Of a stretch of DNA of 64,000 nt, positions 58,630 through 64,000 are shown one piece after another. This DNA is from Nitrospirota bacterium (GTDB lineage Bacteria; Nitrospirota; Thermodesulfovibrionia; UBA6902; JAJYJJ01). Where the stretch lies: the NCBI GenBank assembly GCA_021789595.1, contig JAJYJJ010000008.1, forward strand, positions 25,403 to 89,402, in the 5' to 3' direction. The notes beneath the pieces are model-generated. The model was not told the origin of the DNA. It saw nothing but the letters and a program-made list of their open reading frames with translations, and made no database searches. The position numbers and the translations under genes are program-made. Every line of letters starts with the position of its first letter. Position 1 is the first letter of the stretch.

Positions 58630-59859
58630 TTGAAAAAAATATCAAAATATGTTTTAAAAATAACCTTGGCTTTCGTGAATATATCTGGAGGTTTGAGGAT
58701 GCAAAAGACACTGGTTGATATAAAAGGACATCTTGCCTCTCATTTTTCAGCCCTTATAGATAAGGCAAAAGACTTTGTCTATAAGAATGACCTCGAATTG
58801 CCCTATCTCCTTGTGGACAGAGATAAGGTAAAAGAAAAGGTCTGTGAGATAGGCAGTAACATAAGGAACGCTATACTGTTTTATGCTGTAAAGGCCCATC
58901 CTGATGTAGAGATACTGAAGCTTATAAGGGATCTCGGTATCTCCTTTGAGATCGCATCTGAGGGAGAATTGAAGATACTGCAGGCCATAGGTGTTGGTCC
59001 TGACAGGATTATATCAAGCAATCCTGTAAAGAGCATGAAATTTCTTACAATGGCGTCATCCTACGGCGTCAACTTTTTCTCCTTTGATTCTGACGAGGAG
59101 GTTAAAAAGTTGTCCCGATATGCTCCAGGGTCATATGTGTATATAAGGCTTATTGTTCCAAACGAGGGAAGCGAGTGGCCGTTGAGCAAGAAGTTTGGAG
59201 TCGAACTTGGTGATGCCTTACGACTTTTGCTATATGCAAAGGATATGGGGCTTAACTCTGTTGGAATCACCTTCCATGTTGGTTCACAGTGCACAAATGT
59301 GCTGAACTGGGAAAAGGCGCTCGATAAGGCCAAGGTATTGTGGGATCACGCAGCAGAAAAAGGGCTCAGGTTGAGTGTTCTAAACATCGGGGGCGGTTAT
59401 CCGATATACTATACAAGGCAGGTCCCTGATATAAATTCCATCAATGTGTTTGTGGATAAGCTTATCTATGAGAGGTTTCCATCTGATATAAAGGTCTTCA
59501 TTGAACCTGGCAGGGCAATTGTTGGAGACGCTGGCATCTTTGTAGCAACCGTTATTGGCAAGACAAGGCGGGGTGATGAAAACTGGCTGTACTTAGATGT
59601 GGGCGTATTCAACGGGTTGATGGAAAGTATAGGTGGAATAAGATACAGCTACTTTATAGATAGGCAACAGTCACAGCCGTTACAGCAGTGGACAATTGCC
59701 GGGCCGAGCTGTGACAGCTTCGATGTCATTGACAGGGGGGTCGAGCTTTCAGAGCCTGATGTCGGCGAGAAGGTATTTATACTTTCAAGCGGGGCATATA
59801 CAATATCCTACGCCTCTGAGTTCAATGGATTTTCCATTCCGAGAACTTATCTGATTTAG
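58630..59859 (+). CDS. PLP-dependent ornithine/lysine/arginine decarboxylase (alanine-racemase-fold, group IV)
   Basis: YAVKAHP PLP-lysine motif, GGGYP and PGR..VGDAG. Next to speE. The start is uncertain (possibly the internal MQKT). Confidence 0.85.
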   Translation: MKKISKYVLKITLAFVNISGGLRMQKTLVDIKGHLASHFSALIDKAKDFVYKNDLELPYLLVDRDKVKEKVCEIGSNIRNAILFYAVKAHPDVEILKLIRDLGISFEIASEGELKILQAIGVGPDRIISSNPVKSMKFLTMASSYGVNFFSFDSDEEVKKLSRYAPGSYVYIRLIVPNEGSEWPLSKKFGVELGDALRLLLYAKDMGLNSVGITFHVGSQCTNVLNWEKALDKAKVLWDHAAEKGLRLSVLNIGGGYPIYYTRQVPDINSINVFVDKLIYERFPSDIKVFIEPGRAIVGDAGIFVATVIGKTRRGDENWLYLDVGVFNGLMESIGGIRYSYFIDRQQSQPLQQWTIAGPSCDSFDVIDRGVELSEPDVGEKVFILSSGAYTISYASEFNGFSIPRTYLI

Positions 59860-59870
59860 GAGATGAAGAG

Positions 59871-60710
59871 ATGAGCATATCCTTTTTTGAGAGAGATCCA
59901 TATGCACCAATAAAATATCTGTATGAAGTCAGCAGCATACTCTATCACAGAAAGAGCAAGTTCCAGGATATAATGGTCATAGAGAACCCGTATTTTGGCA
60001 GAATGTTGATACTGGATGATGTCGTGCAGATAACCGAGAAGGATGAGTTCTTCTATCACGAGATGCTTGCCCATGTAGTCCTCCATGCCCATCCAGCTCC
60101 CAAGAGGGTTGTAGTAATAGGCGGCGGGGACGGCGGAACTGTGCGTGAAGTGGTAAAGCACAGGACTATAGAAAAGGTTTATTTCATTGAGATAGATGAA
60201 GATGTCATAAATACATCAAGAAAATTCTTTCCATCTGTTGCTTCAGAAATAGACAACCCAAAGGTCGAGATAATGCCCATGGATGGCGCAGAGTTTATCA
60301 AGGGCTGTAAGAGAGATATTGATGCTGTGATTGTTGACTCAACAGATATAATTGGTTTTGCCAGGAGCCTCTTCACAGAGGAATTTTTTACATCTGTCAG
60401 GGATGCCCTTACAGATGATGGCATGTTTGTTACACTCTCTGAATCGCTTCACTTTCACAGGGATATTGTTGTAGATGTGCAGGAGACAATGAAGGGTGTT
60501 TTCCCTGTAGTAGACCTCTATACCGTCCCAATCGCTACCTATGGGGGGAACTGGTGGAGCTTCTCTGTTGGGACGATGGGTCTTGACCCACGGAGGATGA
60601 GAAGAACATTTGAAGTAGATGCAAAGTATTACAGCGATGAGATTCATTCCCATGCCTTTCTGCCTGCAGGGCTGTATAAGAGGTTGCTTGATAAAACCCT
60701 TGGCTGGTAG
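59871..60710 (+). CDS. speE: spermidine synthase
   Basis: VVVIGGGDGGTVREV SAM/dcSAM motif; 279 aa. Confidence 0.9.
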   Translation: MSISFFERDPYAPIKYLYEVSSILYHRKSKFQDIMVIENPYFGRMLILDDVVQITEKDEFFYHEMLAHVVLHAHPAPKRVVVIGGGDGGTVREVVKHRTIEKVYFIEIDEDVINTSRKFFPSVASEIDNPKVEIMPMDGAEFIKGCKRDIDAVIVDSTDIIGFARSLFTEEFFTSVRDALTDDGMFVTLSESLHFHRDIVVDVQETMKGVFPVVDLYTVPIATYGGNWWSFSVGTMGLDPRRMRRTFEVDAKYYSDEIHSHAFLPAGLYKRLLDKTLGW

Positions 60711-60752
60711 CCTTGACGATATCTGCTTATTGATGCTATTATTGTCAAATTC

Positions 60753-60828
<76 letters not shown>

Positions 60829-60959
60829 AGCAAGAAGGCTGAGTCTTGTTTTTGAGGCGGTGGGAAGCTTGACAATACCCTGATGGCTTGATAGGTGCAG
60901 ATGGCTGCAAAGCGGGTTGGTTAACCGTTTATTTTTCATTCGTGTATCGTGGATGAGAG

Positions 60960-61307
60960 CTATATCCTGTGTTCAAGCACTTCCTTTAGCACTGCAGCAT
61001 TGTTATGCTCCTTATCCTTTGCAGCAAATAAAAGGGTAACCCTTCCTCCCTTTGCTGCAATCCTTAACTTTTCTATGAGATTTGGTCTGCCCTGTAACTC
61101 TTCTTTATATCTCTTTCTGAACTCCTGCCATTTAGAAGGCTCGTGGGGAAACCACTTCCTGAGTTCATCGCTTGGTGCAATATCCTTTAACCACTCATCA
61201 ATACGGGCATCATCTCTTTTAATTCCTCTCGGCCACAACCTATCAACGAGGACTCTCTTGCCATCATCCTTTGAGGGCGGGTCATATATTCGTTTAGTCT
61301 TTATCAT
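60960..61307 (-). CDS. DUF488 family protein
   Basis: RIYDPP...[12 protein letters not shown].....A.ID.W.K..APS..LRKWF.H....W..F...Y..EL. Confidence 0.8.
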   Translation of the reverse strand: MIKTKRIYDPPSKDDGKRVLVDRLWPRGIKRDDARIDEWLKDIAPSDELRKWFPHEPSKWQEFRKRYKEELQGRPNLIEKLRIAAKGGRVTLLFAAKDKEHNNAAVLKEVLEHRI

Positions 61308-61315
61308 ATTCTTTT

Positions 61316-61729
61316 TCAGATGCTGTGAATCAAATAAATTACAAGAAAGATTCCGATTGCGAGGACGGATATGGTGAGGAGTATATCGAGTATTAACGAT
61401 GGCTGATATGTATCTGTATCTATTTGTCTTTCAACCCTTTTGTATCTGATAAATGCGAGCACTCCCATAAGGGCGCCAAGAGCCACAAGGAAGATTCCAA
61501 AAATAGACGAATACCCTTGAGACGGAATGGCGTGGTCTCCGGGTGCCCCTGTTCTTCCTAAAAAGTATGATATTTGCTTTATAAACAGAGCAAACTTCTC
61601 AACCACAAAGCCAAATGCCATTACTCCTATGCTGGTTCTTATCCATGCAAGGAATGTCCGTTCATTCGCCATGTGGACGCGGCGATTGCGGATTTTTACG
61701 GCGGTTTTGTCTTCGGTTGTTTCAGGCAT
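61316..61729 (-). CDS. DUF202 (YidH-like) membrane protein
   Basis: [16 protein letters not shown] motif and three TM spans. Confidence 0.7.
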   Translation of the reverse strand: MPETTEDKTAVKIRNRRVHMANERTFLAWIRTSIGVMAFGFVVEKFALFIKQISYFLGRTGAPGDHAIPSQGYSSIFGIFLVALGALMGVLAFIRYKRVERQIDTDTYQPSLILDILLTISVLAIGIFLVIYLIHSI

Positions 61730-61808
61730 TTAAGCACGTTTTTTCTCAATAATATATATATTAAGGATACCATAAAAAGCAGGGATGTCAAGTATCTGGT
61801 GATCTTCT

Positions 61809-62408
61809 CTATGTTTTGTCTTTTCCGTACATAAAATACTTCAGGATCAGATAGATTGTAATCAATAATACAATCACAAGGATCGCTATATGTTCAATCT
61901 TTGTGATATCTCTTCTTATGATATAGAGACTGTGTCCTCCGACATATCCTATCCCGCCCATTAAAGCGATTGTGAATATTGCAGAAGTAGCATCAACAGC
62001 AAGGAATTTCAGAGGAGCCATCCGCATGATACCTGCAACAAGGAATATCTGTGCCCTGAGACCAATTATGTGTCTTCCGAAAAAGACGACAAGGTTCCCA
62101 CTTTTCTTAAATTTATCTTCAAGTAAAGAAAGACTCTTAGGCGAGATGATTTTATGGAATCTCTTGTGAGTGACAACCATACGGCCGTATTTTCTCCCGA
62201 AGGAGTAAAGAATAAAGTCAGTTATCAGCAGTCCAGGGTAGACGACCAAGAAGGCCGGGACAGGTTTCACTATATTGTTGGCAACAAGAAATCCGCTTAA
62301 GATAATGGTGGCATCTTCAGGGAATGGGAATCCAATACCTCCAAGGATGAGGAGGATGAAAAGCCCTGCATACGGGAATTGGTTTATAAGTCCTGAGATA
62401 TCAGACAT
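61809..62408 (-). CDS. DedA-family (VTT domain) membrane protein
   Basis: GLFILLILGGIGFPFPEDATII and FGR...G.R motifs. Confidence 0.8.
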   Translation of the reverse strand: MSDISGLINQFPYAGLFILLILGGIGFPFPEDATIILSGFLVANNIVKPVPAFLVVYPGLLITDFILYSFGRKYGRMVVTHKRFHKIISPKSLSLLEDKFKKSGNLVVFFGRHIIGLRAQIFLVAGIMRMAPLKFLAVDATSAIFTIALMGGIGYVGGHSLYIIRRDITKIEHIAILVIVLLITIYLILKYFMYGKDKT

Positions 62409-62419
62409 TCCATTCCTCT

Positions 62420-62734
62420 CTATATTATCTCAAAGGTTATCATCACTGAAATAATCGTAATAAAAAACAAACCGACCAGAAAAACAATGTCCGCAACTCT
62501 CTCATAAAATACCGCATTCTTTCTGGCTCTCATGGACATATAAGACAATACACTGGCGATAAGAAAAACAACTATCGACACGCCAACGAATTTGTCAATA
62601 ATCATATCAAGTTTCTTATCCATTTTCCATAATTTCAGAAAGTTGATCAATATAAAGCAGAGGCCAAGCAGGTTTGCAGATGTCGGCAGGATATGTTTTG
62701 ATACATTCTTCCTCTCATCATAACCTTCAGGCAT
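62420..62734 (-). CDS. small membrane protein (104 aa)
   Basis: Three hydrophobic spans. SD AGGAGGG lies upstream. Confidence 0.5.
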   Translation of the reverse strand: MPEGYDERKNVSKHILPTSANLLGLCFILINFLKLWKMDKKLDMIIDKFVGVSIVVFLIASVLSYMSMRARKNAVFYERVADIVFLVGLFFITIISVMITFEII

Positions 62735-62765
62735 TTCAGGACCCTCCTACAATCCAAATTTTTTG

Positions 62766-62797
62766 AACTTGATATTCCCTGTAGTCTTGCTACAGGG
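62766..62797. repeat. second copy of the AACTTGATATTCCCTG leader motif with a short hairpin
   Basis: 16 nt are identical to 44813-44828. Hairpin CCCTGTAG-TCTTG-CTACAGGG (62777-62797). Confidence 0.5.
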
Positions 62798-62952
62798 TTT
62801 CTATATTGTAGTAAGCTATATATGTGGAAAGCAAGGTACGGAAGGGGTATCATTGTGCATGGCAAATACATTTTTGCAAGTTTTTTCTTTAGAAGCTCCA
62901 CCGCAGTGAAACATTGCTTTACATTGCCTGCGTGGGTAGTTTAAAATAACAC

Positions 62953-63426
62953 ATGCAAAAGATACCGATGACGCCTGAGGGTTATGTAAAGCTTGAAGAG
63001 GAGTTAGAGCGGCTTTTAAAGATTGAAAGGCCGAAAAACATACAGGCCATTGCTGAGGCAAGGGCGCACGGTGACATCTCTGAGAATGCAGAGTATCATG
63101 CAGCAAAGGAAAGGCAATCCTTTATAGAAGGCCGCATCCAGGATCTGAAGACAAAGCTTGCACTCGCCTATGTTATAGACCCTTCCAAGGTCTCAAGCAG
63201 CAGGGTTGCGTTTGGTGCAAAGGTAAAGGTTCTGGACCTTGATACATCTGAGGAAAGACTCTTTACCCTTGTCGGTCAGGATGAGGCAGATGCAAAAAAT
63301 GGAAGGATATCTATCAACTCTCCTGTTGGAAGGGCACTTATTACCAAGTCTATTGGCGATACGGTTGTAATAAAGGCTCCTGCAAAGACTATCGAGTATG
63401 AGATCCTGGATATAAGCTTTCAATAA
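62953..63426 (+). CDS. greA: transcription elongation factor GreA
   Basis: 157 aa (MT.EGY..L..EL..L....RP.....I..AR..GD.SENAEY.AAKE.Q). Confidence 0.93.
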   Translation: MQKIPMTPEGYVKLEEELERLLKIERPKNIQAIAEARAHGDISENAEYHAAKERQSFIEGRIQDLKTKLALAYVIDPSKVSSSRVAFGAKVKVLDLDTSEERLFTLVGQDEADAKNGRISINSPVGRALITKSIGDTVVIKAPAKTIEYEILDISFQ

Positions 63427-63429
63427 CAT

Positions 63430-64000
63430 CTAAGGCATTCTTTCCGATGTATCGTGCCTCCAGTCTGATACCGTGCCTTTTCTGTGGTACAGATACCTCT
63501 CTGCTGACAGGGCTGCAATACATCCCTCAGCAGCAGATATTATCGCCTGTCGTACCTTCTTACATGTGACATCCCCTGCTGCAAAGACCCCATCTATCGA
63601 GGTTTGCATCCCCCTGTCAACCTCTATACACCCGTCCTCTGTAATATCAATAGAGCCCTGAAGGAAATCTGTAATCGGTCTTGTCCCGTGAAGGTACATA
63701 AAAACTCCATCCACAGCAATATTGTTCTCTTTGCCGGAGCTGTCCGCCACTGTTATGCCCTTTACGACCTCGTCACCATAGATAGCCTTCATGTGCGTTT
63801 CATAAAGGACCTCAACCTTCTGATTTTCAATTACAGGCTCAGGTTGTTTTGATCGGGGAAGCTTTTTATACGGGCTTATTATATAGACCTTCTTTGCATA
63901 TTTTGCCACTACATCTGCCTCTTCTAATGCCTCCATAGAGCTGCCGACTATTGCCGCTATCTTTCCGCCAAAAAACGCTGCATCACATGAGGCACAGTAG
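63430..64000 (-). CDS. trxB: thioredoxin reductase, C-terminal part (5' end outside window)
   Basis: The minus frame stays open to base 64000 (...YCASCDAAFFGGKIAAIVGSSMEALEEA...), giving the redox CxxC and an NADPH fold. AAGDV lies near the C-terminus. Confidence 0.9.
   Translation of the reverse strand, partial: YCASCDAAFFGGKIAAIVGSSMEALEEADVVAKYAKKVYIISPYKKLPRSKQPEPVIENQKVEVLYETHMKAIYGDEVVKGITVADSSGKENNIAVDGVFMYLHGTRPITDFLQGSIDITEDGCIEVDRGMQTSIDGVFAAGDVTCKKVRQAIISAAEGCIAALSAERYLYHRKGTVSDWRHDTSERMP

Noticed and set aside
62860-62878. TGGCAAATACATTTTTGCA upstream of greA as a sigma-54 promoter
   Set aside because: The GG-to-GC distance is 14 nt, far from the required spacing. greA is a housekeeping gene expected to use sigma-70.

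Overview
This is a 64-kb chromosomal segment from an anaerobe with AGG/AGA/ATA-rich codon usage. Nitrospirota/Thermodesulfovibrio-like or delta-proteobacterium-like is only a guess. Everything below comes from reading the sequence and the ORF track by eye; no searches were run, and family calls rest on remembered motifs.

Housekeeping blocks: smc, HU and tRNA-Val; fabG-like, bioD and argB; ispA, dxs, tlyA, speE, tRNA-Ala, greA and trxB. Two accessory redox/metalloid regions interrupt them.

Region 1 (about 7.7-34 kb) starts at tRNA-Val with a decayed integrase and contains:
- a frameshifted c-type cytochrome and a Cyc2-like fused cytochrome-porin with foreign codon usage;
- an orphan molybdopterin-enzyme C-terminal fragment;
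- a sigma-54 activator flanked by two -24/-12 promoters that share TGTTTCA repeats;
- a Qrc/ACIII-like module: pentahaem lipoprotein cytochrome, molybdopterin-family subunit, 4x[4Fe-4S] subunit, and an NrfD-type membrane subunit fused to a CBS pair;
- group II intron and toxin remnants;
- a second, soluble periplasmic Mo-bisPGD enzyme operon: trihaem cytochrome, catalytic subunit with an unusual C-x2-C-x3-S cluster motif, FeS subunit, TorD-like chaperone and FmdE-like protein;
- arsR-acr3-USP-arsD-arsA, with GC-rich palindromic repeat modules inserted in frame in arsA;
- an AioXSR-like three-component system.

Region 2 (about 37-53.5 kb) contains a second FmdE paralogue, an MFS transporter, a small zinc-ribbon ORF with an in-frame TGA, cooS-cooF-FAD oxidoreductase and YeeE. 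It also holds a second XSR-like system and soxYZB with two periplasmic DsrE-like proteins and a thioredoxin behind a sigma-54 promoter.

The most interesting candidates are the ars-linked Mo enzyme operon, the NrfD-CBS complex, the Cyc2-like gene, and the two paralogous tandem-PhnD/kinase/sigma-54 sensor systems.
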